Assembly: GCA_049324575.1 (NCBI GenBank)
Contig: JBMONI010000020.1
Coordinates: 1-56,878 of the forward strand
From: Candidatus Omnitrophota bacterium
GTDB taxonomy: Bacteria > Omnitrophota > Omnitrophia > Omnitrophales > Aquincolibacteriaceae
Direction of reading: 5' to 3'
Length of the DNA stretch: 56,878 bases
The notes under the pieces: model-generated
Seen by the model: only the letters and a program-made list of their open reading frames with translations
Database searches by the model: none
Told to the model about the DNA's origin: nothing
Translations under genes and position numbers: made by a program
Part shown: positions 8,701 through 21,182 of the stretch, one piece after another
Layout: every line of letters starts with the position of its first letter
Numbering within the stretch: position 1 is the stretch's first letter

Positions 8701-10256
8701 TGAGAAAAAAATACTTTTGGGTTCAACGGGCGGAGCGGGCACTCGCCTCGGGCTGTATCGTTTTATTGACGCTCGGAGCGCCGGTGGGCGCGGCGGAACC
8801 TGTCGGAGGGGTTCCGGGCCCGGAAAAGATCATCTCGATCAATCTGACGGAAGCCGATATCGGGATCGTTTTTCGCGTGCTGGCGATGGAGGCCGGCGTC
8901 AATATCGTGACGGGGCCTGAGATCAGCGGCAATGTGACGATCCAGCTGACGAATGTTCCCTGGCAGAGCGCTTTTGATACGATCGTGAAAACCTATGGCT
9001 ATGCGTATGAAAAAGAGGGGAATATTTTCTACGTGACGACCGAGGAAGCCATGAGCAAAAGGCGGTCTCTGGGGGTGAGGACCGAGGTCTATGACCTCAA
9101 GTATGCCAAGTTATCGGAAGTGATCGCGGCCTTGGGGGCTTCGGTCCGGAATGTCCGCATCCAGCCGGTGCAAGGGACCAATCAGATCATGCTTACAGCG
9201 TCTCCCTCCGAGGTCGAATCAGCGCGTGAGATCATCAGCCAAGTCGATTTTCGTCAGCCCCAGGTCCATATCGACGCCAAGATCATCCGCACGGCCCTAT
9301 CCAAAGGGGAGAATATGGGCGTGGATTGGGGGACGGCCATCCGCATGAGCGGGGCCCGAAGACCCTGGACGTTCCCGTTTGATGATGACGGTGCCAGCAA
9401 TCAAATATCGAAATTCATGCAGAAATACAGTATGTATCCTCAAGGACAGACGGCCAGCGAGTCGACCTCCACCATCACGGATAGCGGAGGGACTGCGACG
9501 ACCAACTCCCAGGATTTTCCCATGGCGCGCAGTTTCCCTTATATGCAGCCGGAAGATTTCACCTTTGGTACGCTTGATTTTTCACAGTTCTCCGTGGCGA
9601 TCAATATGCTGAAGACCCGGGCGAATACCAAGGTCGTATCCAATCCGAGGATCGTGGTGCAGAACCATCAGCCGGCGAGGGTCCAGGCGGGCCGCGAGAT
9701 CGGCCTTCCGACCTTCGAGCGGAACGAGACGACCGGATCGCTCGAGATCACAGGATACGAGCCCCGCAATGACGGGATCTCCCTCGATGTGACGCCCCAT
9801 ATCATCAATAAAAAAGAGATCCTGCTCACCGTGAAACCGGAATTGACCCGCTTTCTTGGCTTTCAGGAAGTGATCACGGGAGAGAACGTGCTTTCGCCGG
9901 AATTCGAGACGACGGTTGCGGAGACCCAGGTCCTGATCAATAGCGGGGACACGCTCGTGATCGGAGGTCTGATCAATGAGGCCGAGACCGACAGCCACAG
10001 AAAAGTGCCTTATGTCGGCGATATCCCGCTTCTTGGTTGGGTCTTCAAAAGGGTGGCGCCCACCAAAGAGCGGTCGGAGACGATCATTTTTGTGACCGTT
10101 CGAGTTGCCGATGACCGTTTTAATCAAGAGGCGCTTGAGAACTGGGAAAAAACGGAGGAGGCTCTCGCCGAATTCAAGCGCGAGAACGAGAAGTTCATGA
10201 AGTATTCAAAAATGGACAATAAGCTCGAGGAAGCCCTTGAAACCCCAAAAGGATAA
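8697..10256 (+). CDS. Secretin (PilQ/GspD/MshL family)
   Basis: Signal peptide, STN-like ISINLTEADI...NIV, N-domain, 'RQPQVHIDAKII', 'VVSNPRIVVQNHQPA', 'GISLDVTPHI', 'KVPYVGDIPLLGWVF', 'ETIIFVT'. Confidence 0.93.
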   Translation: MMRKKYFWVQRAERALASGCIVLLTLGAPVGAAEPVGGVPGPEKIISINLTEADIGIVFRVLAMEAGVNIVTGPEISGNVTIQLTNVPWQSAFDTIVKTYGYAYEKEGNIFYVTTEEAMSKRRSLGVRTEVYDLKYAKLSEVIAALGASVRNVRIQPVQGTNQIMLTASPSEVESAREIISQVDFRQPQVHIDAKIIRTALSKGENMGVDWGTAIRMSGARRPWTFPFDDDGASNQISKFMQKYSMYPQGQTASESTSTITDSGGTATTNSQDFPMARSFPYMQPEDFTFGTLDFSQFSVAINMLKTRANTKVVSNPRIVVQNHQPARVQAGREIGLPTFERNETTGSLEITGYEPRNDGISLDVTPHIINKKEILLTVKPELTRFLGFQEVITGENVLSPEFETTVAETQVLINSGDTLVIGGLINEAETDSHRKVPYVGDIPLLGWVFKRVAPTKERSETIIFVTVRVADDRFNQEALENWEKTEEALAEFKRENEKFMKYSKMDNKLEEALETPKG

Positions 10257-10488
10257 CCGCCGCAGGGCGGTGGCCGGGCTGGTCCTTTTTGCGGCGGCGG
10301 TTTTAGCGCCGGGCGGTCAAGCGGCCGAGCTTACTTTGAAAGACCTGGCGCTCAAACTGGACCGGATGGAGCAGAAGCTCGAGAAGGTGCAGGCCCAGGT
10401 CGATGAAGTCCTCAAGAACCAGACAGCGATGCAAAAGCAAATATCCGATGAACATCAACAGATCCGCTATTGGGTCAGGAAACGCTGA
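10237..10488 (+). CDS. Small exported coiled-coil protein
   Basis: Signal peptide (RRRAVAGLVLFAAAVLAPGGQA) then heptad coiled coil; coupled to both neighbours. Confidence 0.6.
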   Translation: MKPQKDNRRRAVAGLVLFAAAVLAPGGQAAELTLKDLALKLDRMEQKLEKVQAQVDEVLKNQTAMQKQISDEHQQIRYWVRKR

Positions 10489-10874
10489 TGAAAAAAAATA
10501 ATCCGGTCTGTTCAGGGTTTTTTTGGGGATCCCTTATACTGATGAGTTTTTGCGGCTGTGCGACCCTTCATATGAGGGATGCCGAGATCTACCCGATGTC
10601 GTACGACAAAACGTTCATGCTGGCCGTGGGCGCGCTGGATGATATGGGTTCCTGGCGGGTCGCCGAAACGGATCATCAGAACGGGAAGATCGTGATCGAA
10701 AATTCCGGCTATGTCCGGCCGACACAACGCCACACGATCCTTGTGCAAAAACTGGAGCCGTTCAGAACCAAGGTCGAGCTTTCCAGAAGCATTCCGACGC
10801 CGTTTAACCAGCATTTCTTCCGCGCGATCGACCGTCGCGTCGAAGAAACGCTCGTCAATCAGACCGCGGCCTAA
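10488..10874 (+). CDS. Lipoprotein of unknown function (start at ATG 10488)
   Basis: MKKNN...LILMSFCG|C lipobox; TGATG overlap with the previous gene. Confidence 0.65.
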   Translation: MKKNNPVCSGFFWGSLILMSFCGCATLHMRDAEIYPMSYDKTFMLAVGALDDMGSWRVAETDHQNGKIVIENSGYVRPTQRHTILVQKLEPFRTKVELSRSIPTPFNQHFFRAIDRRVEETLVNQTAA

Positions 10875-10982
10875 AGAAGATCTTCACGTCCCTTTCGCTC
10901 CTTCCGGAGGTATGTCCGGGGCCGGAAGCGCACACTTCCTTTGAAGGGGAAGGATCCGACTATGCCTGGGTGGAAGCGGGGA

Positions 10983-12041
10983 TCAGAGTTTGAGACGGCG
11001 GGCGGTATCGTCCTGATCGATGGAATAGAACAAGGTATCTTCTTTGGAGATGATGCCTTTTTTCATGAGATCGATCAGGTGATTCTGGAGCGAAACCATG
11101 CCGAAACCCGCGCCGGTCTGGATCTCGTTCTGGATGTTGTAGGTCTGCCCTTTGCGAATCAGGTTCTGGACGGCCGGAGTGGCCACCATGATCTCGAAAG
11201 CGGCGATGCGGCCTTCCTTGTCCTTGCGTGGGATCAATTCCTGCGAAAGGACCGCGGCCAGATTGAGCGACAATTGCGTGCGGATCTGGTTCTGATGCTC
11301 GGCCGGAAAGGCGTCAATGATCCGGTCGAGGGTACGCGCGGAACCAAAGGTATGGACCGTTGAAAGCACCAGATGGCCTGTTTCGGCTGCCGTCAACACG
11401 GTCTCGATGGTCTCGAGGTCCCGCATTTCGCCGACCAGGATGACGTCCGGGTCCTGACGGAGGGCTTCCCGGAGCGCTTTCGCGAAACTGTCTGTGTCGG
11501 AACCCAGCTGTCTCTGGTTGATAATACTTTTCTTATGACGATGAACGAACTCGATCGGATCCTCGACCGTAATGATATGGCGGTCGTCCGTCTCATTGAT
11601 GTAATCGATCATGCTGGCCAGGGTCGTCGATTTCCCGACCCCCGTCGGCCCCGCGACAAGGATCAGGCCGTGATTGCGGTCCAGCAGCCGCTTGATCGTG
11701 TTCGGCAGACCGATCTCTTCCATCGTGAAGATCCGGCTCGGGATCAACCGCATCGCGGCGGCAAAGTGCGTGCTTTGGCGGAAGATCGAGACGCGGAAAC
11801 GGTTCCCGCTCGGATGCGCGTAGCTGAATTCCACGGTGGGTTTCGTTCGGAGATCTTCCCGGTATTTTTCGCCCGCGAGTTCGTGGACCAGGGCTTCAAG
11901 GGTTTCATGGGTCAGCACGGGCTCCCCAAAATGGCGGAGGCGGCCGTTGATCCGGTACGTGGGGGGAATGTCCACGGACAAGTGGATGTCCGAAGCATTC
12001 TTCTCGATGCAGCGGTTAAAGATAGATTCCAGCGAGCTCAT
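10983..12041 (-). CDS. pilT: Type IV pilus retraction ATPase
   Basis: ASDIHL, Walker A GPTGVGKST, TVEDPIE, LRQDPDVILVGEMRD, AETGHLVLST, AVQNLIR. Likely start MSSLES at 12041. Confidence 0.95.
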   Translation of the reverse strand: MSSLESIFNRCIEKNASDIHLSVDIPPTYRINGRLRHFGEPVLTHETLEALVHELAGEKYREDLRTKPTVEFSYAHPSGNRFRVSIFRQSTHFAAAMRLIPSRIFTMEEIGLPNTIKRLLDRNHGLILVAGPTGVGKSTTLASMIDYINETDDRHIITVEDPIEFVHRHKKSIINQRQLGSDTDSFAKALREALRQDPDVILVGEMRDLETIETVLTAAETGHLVLSTVHTFGSARTLDRIIDAFPAEHQNQIRTQLSLNLAAVLSQELIPRKDKEGRIAAFEIMVATPAVQNLIRKGQTYNIQNEIQTGAGFGMVSLQNHLIDLMKKGIISKEDTLFYSIDQDDTARRLKL

Positions 12042-12304
12042 GAATAAGATCCGGTATTGGTCCTGAAAGATACTATAACAAATCTCCGATGGGCTCACAA
12101 TCAAGATATTCGGCGCCGACGCGCATCTGATCTGCGGGAAGACATTTACCCGGCTGTTATACTATGTTCCGGTAACGAATCTGGCCAAAAAGGCTGTCTG
12201 CGGTTATAATGCCCAGCAAATCTTCAGCACACCGTGCTTAGACCTTATAAGCGATCCGGATCTTTTCCGCTCGTATCGCGAAGCGTTTTAAGACCTGAAA
12301 GACT

Positions 12305-14753
<2,449 letters not shown>

Positions 14754-14759
14754 GGTCTT

Positions 14760-15689
14760 ATGTCGGCCCCCACCAAGCCCCAACTAGTCGAAGAGATCAT
14801 GGCGTGGAAGAAGAAAAGGAACGCCTTGATCCTGGCGCACAATTATCAGACCGGAGATATCCAGGATATCGCCGACCTGACCGGCGATTCGCTCCTGCTT
14901 TCCCAGCGCGCCGCCGCCAACGATGCGGAGGTCATTCTTTTTGCCGGCGTCCACTTCATGGCCGAGACCGCGAGTATCCTGAGTCCCCAGAAAAAAGTGA
15001 TCATCCCGGACGTCGATGCCGGCTGTTCGCTGGCGGACATGGTCAAACCCGAGGATATCCGGGCCTGGCGGGAAAAGAATCCGGACGGGGTCGTCGTGTG
15101 CTATGTCAACACGACCGCTGCGGTGAAGGCCGAATGCGATTACTGCTGCACTTCCTCGAACGCCGAACGGGTCGTTCGGGCCATCCCGGCGGATAAAAAG
15201 ATCCTTTTTGTGCCGGATCATTTCCTGGGAAGCTACGTGAAGGCGAAGACCGGGCGCGAAAATATCGAATTGTGGCGGGGCTATTGTCTTGTCCATATGA
15301 TGATCCAGGCCAACGATATCGAGAAGATCCGCGAACAGTATCCGGATGCCGAGGTCCTGGTCCACCCGGAGTGTGCGTCGGTGCTACACTGTATCCAGTG
15401 CGGATATACGATCGCTTCGACCGAGGGCATGATCCGACGGGCCCGGGAGAGCCAGGCGAAGACCTTTATCGTGGCGACCGAACCCGGGATCCTCCATCGT
15501 CTTCAGAAAGAAAATCCCGGAAAAACCTTTTTGCCGGCCGTGCCGGATGCGATCTGCTGTTATATGAAGGTCAACACCCTCGAGAAAATGCTGGCGGCGC
15601 TGAAGGATCTGTGGCCGGAGGTCAAGGTGCCGAAGGCGCTGGCAGACCGGGCGAGGCTTTGTATCCAGAGGATGCTCGAGATCTCATGA
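14760..15689 (+). CDS. nadA: Quinolinate synthase
   Basis: ILAHNYQ, GDSL, GVHFMAE, AGCSLAD, YVNT, CTSSNA, VHPEC, STEGM. Confidence 0.96.
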   Translation: MSAPTKPQLVEEIMAWKKKRNALILAHNYQTGDIQDIADLTGDSLLLSQRAAANDAEVILFAGVHFMAETASILSPQKKVIIPDVDAGCSLADMVKPEDIRAWREKNPDGVVVCYVNTTAAVKAECDYCCTSSNAERVVRAIPADKKILFVPDHFLGSYVKAKTGRENIELWRGYCLVHMMIQANDIEKIREQYPDAEVLVHPECASVLHCIQCGYTIASTEGMIRRARESQAKTFIVATEPGILHRLQKENPGKTFLPAVPDAICCYMKVNTLEKMLAALKDLWPEVKVPKALADRARLCIQRMLEIS

Positions 15690-16753
15690 TCGTTCGAAAA
15701 AAGACAAGACAGGTTAAGGTGGGCGATGTTCTCCTGGGCGGGGACGCGCCGGTCAGGATCCAGTCGATGACGACCACGCCGCCCCGCGAGGTCCAGGCGA
15801 CGGTCGATCAGATCCACGGGCTGGAAGAGGCGGGCTGCGAGATCGTGCGCGTCGCCTGTCCGACCGAAGCGGATGCCCGTTCGCTCGGAAAGATCAAGTC
15901 CAGGATCCGCATTCCGCTCGTGGCCGACATCCATTTCAATTATCACTTTGCGCTGATCGCGCTCGAGGAAGGGGTCGATAAACTCCGTCTCAATCCCGGC
16001 AATATCGGTTCCCGGGACCGGGTGGAAGCCGTGGTGAAGAAAGCGTCCGAAAAGAAGGTGCCGATCCGCATCGGTGTGAATGCGGGTTCCCTGGAAAAGG
16101 ACCTTGAGGAAAAGTTCGGACGAACGCCGGCCGCGCTCGTGGAAAGCGCGAAACGGCATGTGGGGATCCTGGAGGCGATGGATTTCCGGGATATCGTGAT
16201 CTCGCTCAAGGCTTCCGATGTGCCGACCATGATCGAATCTTACCGTCTGGCAAGCCGGACGTTCGACTATCCGCTCCATTTGGGCGTGACCGAGGCGGGG
16301 ACCCTGCTCCGGGGGAGTATTCATAACGCGATCGGGATCGGCACGCTGCTTTACGAGGGGATTGGAGACACGCTCCGGGTCTCTCTGACCGCGGACTCGC
16401 GCGAAGAGATCAAAGTGGCGAAAATGATCCTCGAGGCGCTCGGCCTGCGCAAAGGGGTGCGGGTGATCTCCTGTCCGAGCTGCGGCCGCGCGGAGGTCGA
16501 TGTGTTCAAGCTTGCCGAAGAGGTCGAGAGGCGCGCGATGGGCCTCAAAAATCCGTTAACGCTTTCGGTGATGGGCTGTGCCGTGAACGGGCCGGGCGAA
16601 GCGCATGAGTCGGATTTCGGGATCACGGGCGGGAAGGAAAAGGGCATCCTTTATATCGACGGCAAGCAGCACCGCGTGGTGGATGAAAAAGATCTTGTCG
16701 ATGAGCTTTTCCGGGAGATCGAAAAGAAGAAAGGCAAGTTAAAACGGTCATGA
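15686..16753 (+). CDS. ispG: HMBPP synthase (MEP pathway)
   Basis: IQSMT, LVADIHF, RLNPGNIG, IRIGVNAGSL, SLKAS, PLHLGVTEAG, GDTLRVSL, SCPSCGR, MGCAVNGPGE. Start at ATG 15686. Confidence 0.97.
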   Translation: MIVRKKTRQVKVGDVLLGGDAPVRIQSMTTTPPREVQATVDQIHGLEEAGCEIVRVACPTEADARSLGKIKSRIRIPLVADIHFNYHFALIALEEGVDKLRLNPGNIGSRDRVEAVVKKASEKKVPIRIGVNAGSLEKDLEEKFGRTPAALVESAKRHVGILEAMDFRDIVISLKASDVPTMIESYRLASRTFDYPLHLGVTEAGTLLRGSIHNAIGIGTLLYEGIGDTLRVSLTADSREEIKVAKMILEALGLRKGVRVISCPSCGRAEVDVFKLAEEVERRAMGLKNPLTLSVMGCAVNGPGEAHESDFGITGGKEKGILYIDGKQHRVVDEKDLVDELFREIEKKKGKLKRS

Positions 16754-17850
16754 GTTCGGGGCCTGAGTCTTCCGAGTGGCGTGATCTTGCGCGTAAGATT
16801 GAGTGCGGAGAGCGGCTGGGTCTCGAGGACGGCCTCCGGCTTTACCGCACAACCGACCTTCACGGTCTCGGAAAATTGGCCCGGCAGGTCCGTGAACGTT
16901 TGAACGGACGCCGGGTTTTTTATTCGGTCAATCTCCACCTTAATCACACCAATATCTGCTCGTCAGCCTGCCTGTTCTGTTCGTTTGCGAAGGGCAAGCG
17001 GGCGCCTGAGGCCTATGCGCTTTCACCCGCGGAGATCTTCACGCGTGTGCGCGAAGCGGTCGAGACGTGGCATATCCATGAAGTCCATATGACAGGCGGG
17101 CACAATCCCGACCTGGGGCTTGATTATTATCTCGAGGTGCTCGGCGGGCTGCGCAGTCTTTATCCCGGGATCTTTCTCAAAGCGCTGACCGCGCCCGAGA
17201 TCGACGATCTTGCGTCGCGCAGCGGGCTCGACGCCGAGAAGGTCCTGAAGACGCTGAAAGCCGCCGGACTCGACGGACTGCCAGGCGGCGGGGCCGAGAT
17301 CTTTGATGAAGAGGTTCGCGGCAAGATCTGTCCTCAGAAGATCACGGCCGGGCGGTGGCTTGAGATTCACGGGATCGCCCATCGTCTGGGGCTTGTCACC
17401 AACGCCACCATGCTCTACGGTCATATCGAGACCGATGCGCACCGCGTCGATCATGTGCTGCGTTTAAGGGATCAGCAGGACGCGACCGGGGGTTTCCAGT
17501 CGTTCATTCCGCTTGCGTATCAGCCGGTGGCGAATCCCATGCGGGATCTTGGCGCGCCCGGCGGAGTGACGGACCTGAAAGTGTATGCGGTTTCGCGGCT
17601 TTTATTGGATAATATCCCGCATCTCAAGTGCTACTGGGTGACGACCGGGCTCAAAATGGCGCAGGTCGCGCTTTCTTTCGGGGTCGATGATCTGGGCGGA
17701 ACGAACCTGGAAGAACGGATCATGCATGAGGCAGGCTCCGGCGAGCCGCGCGATCTCGGTGACGAAGATCTGGTGCGATTGATCCGGGAGGCGGGTTATG
17801 AGCCTTGCCGGGTGGACAGTGCTTACCGGCCGGTGGCGATGCATTCTTAG
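16750..17850 (+). CDS. mqnE: Aminofutalosine synthase (radical SAM, futalosine menaquinone pathway)
   Basis: HTNICSSACLFCSF, EVHMTGG, LKALTAPEI, LPGGGAEIF, NATMLYGHIE, HLKCYW, GTNLEERI. Confidence 0.85.
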   Translation: MSSGPESSEWRDLARKIECGERLGLEDGLRLYRTTDLHGLGKLARQVRERLNGRRVFYSVNLHLNHTNICSSACLFCSFAKGKRAPEAYALSPAEIFTRVREAVETWHIHEVHMTGGHNPDLGLDYYLEVLGGLRSLYPGIFLKALTAPEIDDLASRSGLDAEKVLKTLKAAGLDGLPGGGAEIFDEEVRGKICPQKITAGRWLEIHGIAHRLGLVTNATMLYGHIETDAHRVDHVLRLRDQQDATGGFQSFIPLAYQPVANPMRDLGAPGGVTDLKVYAVSRLLLDNIPHLKCYWVTTGLKMAQVALSFGVDDLGGTNLEERIMHEAGSGEPRDLGDEDLVRLIREAGYEPCRVDSAYRPVAMHS

Positions 17851-17951
17851 AGCGTTTGATAAAAAGGGCAGAGAGAGTCGAATGCCCTGCTTGCGAAAAA
17901 GCGTCAGGATTTTTTCAGGGGGGCTTTCATTCGGAGCCAAAGGGGGATTTT

Positions 17952-18857
17952 ATGAAGCTCAGAACCAATGAAGACCGTCTGGTCCGTATCGCGGTCCAGG
18001 GGAAAGTGGCCAATGCCCTGCAATTTTCGGAATTTGAGGTAGCCCATGACGGACGGCCGTTCGCGGTGCCGTCCTCGGGCGGGATCGTTTATAACGTGAA
18101 GGTCGGCGACAGCGCGTTCGCGTGGGAAGGGGACCATATCGAGCCGGCGGTCTCGGCGGTCGTCCACGAGGAGAAAAGATCTTCGAAGCCGAACATGGGA
18201 TTCAATTTTCTTGCCTGTGTCGGGAACCGCGCGCGGATCGTGAGCGGAGAAGCCAAAGGGGATGTCGGCATGGTGACGGGCCGGCACGGCGGGCTCGAAC
18301 ATGTGTTAATCGATTTCCCGGACGCGACCTTGCGGAAAATGAACGTGGGGGACAATATCCTGATCGAAGGCTATGGGCAGGGGCTCAAGCTGACGGCGCA
18401 CGGCAATATACGGATCTATAGTCTCGATCCGGCCGTGCTCGCGAAAATGCCGGTCCGGGAGGTCCGGGGCGGTCTTGAGGTCGGGGTGACGGCCATGATC
18501 CCTGCGGCGCTGATGGGTTCGGGACTCGGACACAACAATATCGGGACGGGAGACCTCGATTTCATGACCCATGACGCCCGAGAGGTCGCAAAACTCGGGC
18601 TGGAAAAGATCTGCCTCGGAGATTTCGTGGCGATCCTCGATCATGATCATTCGTTCGGAAGGACTTACCGGCGCGGGGCGGTCACGATCGGGATCGTGAT
18701 CCATACAGACAGCCTGCTGCCGGGGCATGGGCCCGGAGTGACCACCCTGATGACCTCTCCGGAAGGCGCGTTGCGGCCTGTGATCGATCCCAAGGCCAAT
18801 CTCGGGAGGATCCTCAAGATCGGGCGGTATCGCACCCCAAAGCGTCCGGCCCGGTGA
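17952..18857 (+). CDS. DUF4438-like conserved protein
   Basis: GGIVYNVKVGD..F...GDHIEPAVS, GRHGGLEHV, MGSGLG, HGPGVT match my recollection of DUF4438. Start ATG 17952. Confidence 0.7.
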   Translation: MKLRTNEDRLVRIAVQGKVANALQFSEFEVAHDGRPFAVPSSGGIVYNVKVGDSAFAWEGDHIEPAVSAVVHEEKRSSKPNMGFNFLACVGNRARIVSGEAKGDVGMVTGRHGGLEHVLIDFPDATLRKMNVGDNILIEGYGQGLKLTAHGNIRIYSLDPAVLAKMPVREVRGGLEVGVTAMIPAALMGSGLGHNNIGTGDLDFMTHDAREVAKLGLEKICLGDFVAILDHDHSFGRTYRRGAVTIGIVIHTDSLLPGHGPGVTTLMTSPEGALRPVIDPKANLGRILKIGRYRTPKRPAR

Positions 18858-19019
18858 AAAGGCGCTCTCTGTTCGAATGGGGCAAAAGGTTACACCCAAG
18901 GCACCTTTTATCAAATCCCGGGGGTTTGATTAGGTTTAAAGATTTAGGACAAATGATCCGAATCTAATAGGTGATCTTGGAGCCGTTCTTATCGGGAAGG
19001 ATCCGAAAGGGAATTATCC

Positions 19020-19493
19020 ATGGAAAAAGTCGTTTTAACGCGTGAAGGCTATGACAAACTGGTCGAGGAACTGAATTTCCTCAAGAGCAAGAAGCGCAAA
19101 GAGGTGGCCGAGCAGTTGGCGACGGCCCGCGCTCACGGCGATCTCCGGGAGAACGCCGAATATGACGCGGCCAAAGAAGCGAAGCGCCACCTTGAGACCC
19201 GCATCGCGAAACTCGAAATGAGGCTCGGCAACGCGCGGATCGTCGAAGCGGGCGAGATCCCGGCCGACAAGGCCTATCTCGGGGCGAAGCTTGAGCTCAG
19301 GAACAGCGATACCGACGACCGGTTCACCTACCAATTGGTCGCCCAGGACGAAGCGGATTTCGCCAAAGGAAAGATCTCCATCACCTCCCCGATCGGCAAG
19401 GGGCTTCTCGGCAAAGCGGTCGGCGAGACGGCCGAGATCCAAGTGCCGGCGGGCAAGGTCAAACTTGAAATTCTCAAGATCCGGAGGGATTAG
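19020..19493 (+). CDS. greA: Transcription elongation factor GreA
   Basis: AHGDLRENAEYDAAK, ISITSPIGKGLLGK. Confidence 0.97.
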   Translation: MEKVVLTREGYDKLVEELNFLKSKKRKEVAEQLATARAHGDLRENAEYDAAKEAKRHLETRIAKLEMRLGNARIVEAGEIPADKAYLGAKLELRNSDTDDRFTYQLVAQDEADFAKGKISITSPIGKGLLGKAVGETAEIQVPAGKVKLEILKIRRD

Positions 19494-19494
19494 C

Positions 19495-20298
19495 ATGAAT
19501 ATTTTCACCGCGCCTTTTTTCGCTCTCTTCAGCATTCCGTTCTACCGGCAGGCTCTCCAGGCCCGGGTCTGGAAAGCCGTCCAGTACGCGCTCTTCCTTT
19601 CGGCGGTCTCGACCGCGCTCGTCATGTTCCAGCTGACCCGCGTCGGGGTCCCGGAGGCCGACCGTTTTGTGGACTGGCTCCAGAGCCAGATGCCGGTCAT
19701 TACGCTGACCTCCGAAGGCCTTTCGATGGACCGCGAAAGCCCCTTCAGCATCGTTCATGAAGAATTCGGCCCTCTGGCCACGTTCGATCTTTCCAAAAAA
19801 GAAGCGGGAGCCCGGGACATGGAGAATATTTTCGTCTATGTTACGGCAGGGAAGATCTACCTGCAACAGGCCGCGGGGGATATCCGGGCTTACAATGTCC
19901 AGGATTTCATCGACAGGAACCAGGAACGCCTCGCCCAGGGGCCGCTGGCCATGTCCCCGGACACGATCGGCCGTTTTTACAAGACCGTGAAACCGTGGTT
20001 CCTCGTCCTGATGACGATCGTCGTTTTTCTTTTCGATGCGGTCGTGCTGCTGGTGGGCGGGCTCCTGCTTTCCTGGATCGGCCTCGTCCTCAACATGAGC
20101 CGCGTTCCGCCCCTTTCGTACGGGGCTCTCTACACGGCGAGTATTTTCGCCCTGACCGCCGGCACGGTCTTCACTTGGCTCGGGACCCTTCTGCCACCGC
20201 TCGGCGCGATCCCGTTCGGTTACGTGATCAGCGTGATCCTGAACATCGCATACCTTTTCGTGGCGGTCCGGATGACGACGGAAACTAAGTCAGCGTGA
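19495..20298 (+). CDS. Membrane protein (DUF1189-like), start at ATG 19495
   Basis: N-terminal TM, periplasmic loop, three C-terminal TMs; immediately follows the greA stop. Confidence 0.6.
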   Translation: MNIFTAPFFALFSIPFYRQALQARVWKAVQYALFLSAVSTALVMFQLTRVGVPEADRFVDWLQSQMPVITLTSEGLSMDRESPFSIVHEEFGPLATFDLSKKEAGARDMENIFVYVTAGKIYLQQAAGDIRAYNVQDFIDRNQERLAQGPLAMSPDTIGRFYKTVKPWFLVLMTIVVFLFDAVVLLVGGLLLSWIGLVLNMSRVPPLSYGALYTASIFALTAGTVFTWLGTLLPPLGAIPFGYVISVILNIAYLFVAVRMTTETKSA

Positions 20299-21166
20299 CC
20301 TTGGCGGGTTTTTTCTTCGTCTCGAAAAAAGAGATCCATCCTCCCGAAGCGATGACGAGGAGCGCGCCCAGCGTTCGCGCGGGGGTCAGCGTTTCTCCGA
20401 AAAAAAAGACGCCGTAAAGAAAGCCGAGAAAAGGCGTCACATAGATGAAGGGGCTTACCAGCGACGCCCGTGCCCGGCGGAATGCGATCGTCATCCAGAT
20501 CTGGCCGTAAAAAGCGAAGACTGCCATTGCGATCACGATCCCCAGGGTCTTCGTGTCAGGGACGCGGAATCCGAAGGGCAGACAGGCCAGTGACCCCCCG
20601 ACGCAGATCAGCATGAAATAAAAGACGACCGTCAGCGGCGATTCGCTTCGCTGGATGGAGTGCAGCGAAAAGTAGGCAAGGGCGAGAAAGACCGCCGAGA
20701 CGAGCCCGGCCAGCATCGGGAAATTCCAGGTGCGGACATCGGCTCCGACCACCAGATAAAGTCCCGCGAATGCGATCCCGATCGCGGCCCAAAGCCCCGG
20801 ACTGAGTTTTTCCTTCAGGAAGCATGTGGATAAAAGGGCGACGAAAAGAGGGGCGGTGTGGTTCAGGATGACGGCGGTCCCCAGGGGGAGTTTCGAGAGC
20901 GTATAGAAGTAGAGACTGAGCGCGATGAATCCCGCGACCCCGCGCTGGATCAGGAGCCTTTTTTCCTTGCCCCAGAATGAAACATGTTTTTTGCGGATCC
21001 AGTAAACGAGCAGGGCGAGTCCGATCACACTGCGCGCAAAGACGATCTCGTAACTCGGCAGTGTCCGGCTTGCGATCTTGACGCAAAGCGCCATCAGGGA
21101 AAAGGCGACCGCGGCCTGGATCATCGTCACAATGGCCGAGAGCTCGAGTTTAGAGCGTTTGTTCAT
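20285..21166 (-). CDS. DMT/EamA family transporter
   Basis: About 10 TMs in two repeats; 'EIVFARS', 'LPLGTAVILNHTAPLF', 'ASLVSPFIY'. Confidence 0.9.
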   Translation of the reverse strand: MNKRSKLELSAIVTMIQAAVAFSLMALCVKIASRTLPSYEIVFARSVIGLALLVYWIRKKHVSFWGKEKRLLIQRGVAGFIALSLYFYTLSKLPLGTAVILNHTAPLFVALLSTCFLKEKLSPGLWAAIGIAFAGLYLVVGADVRTWNFPMLAGLVSAVFLALAYFSLHSIQRSESPLTVVFYFMLICVGGSLACLPFGFRVPDTKTLGIVIAMAVFAFYGQIWMTIAFRRARASLVSPFIYVTPFLGFLYGVFFFGETLTPARTLGALLVIASGGWISFFETKKKPAKVTLT

Positions 21167-21182
21167 GGCGATGCGGAGGGGG

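Noticed and set aside
12105-12304. TPP riboswitch ahead of the thiC-containing operon
   Set aside because: No CTGAGA or ACCTGA core is visible; only a TATAAT-like element at 12205-12210.
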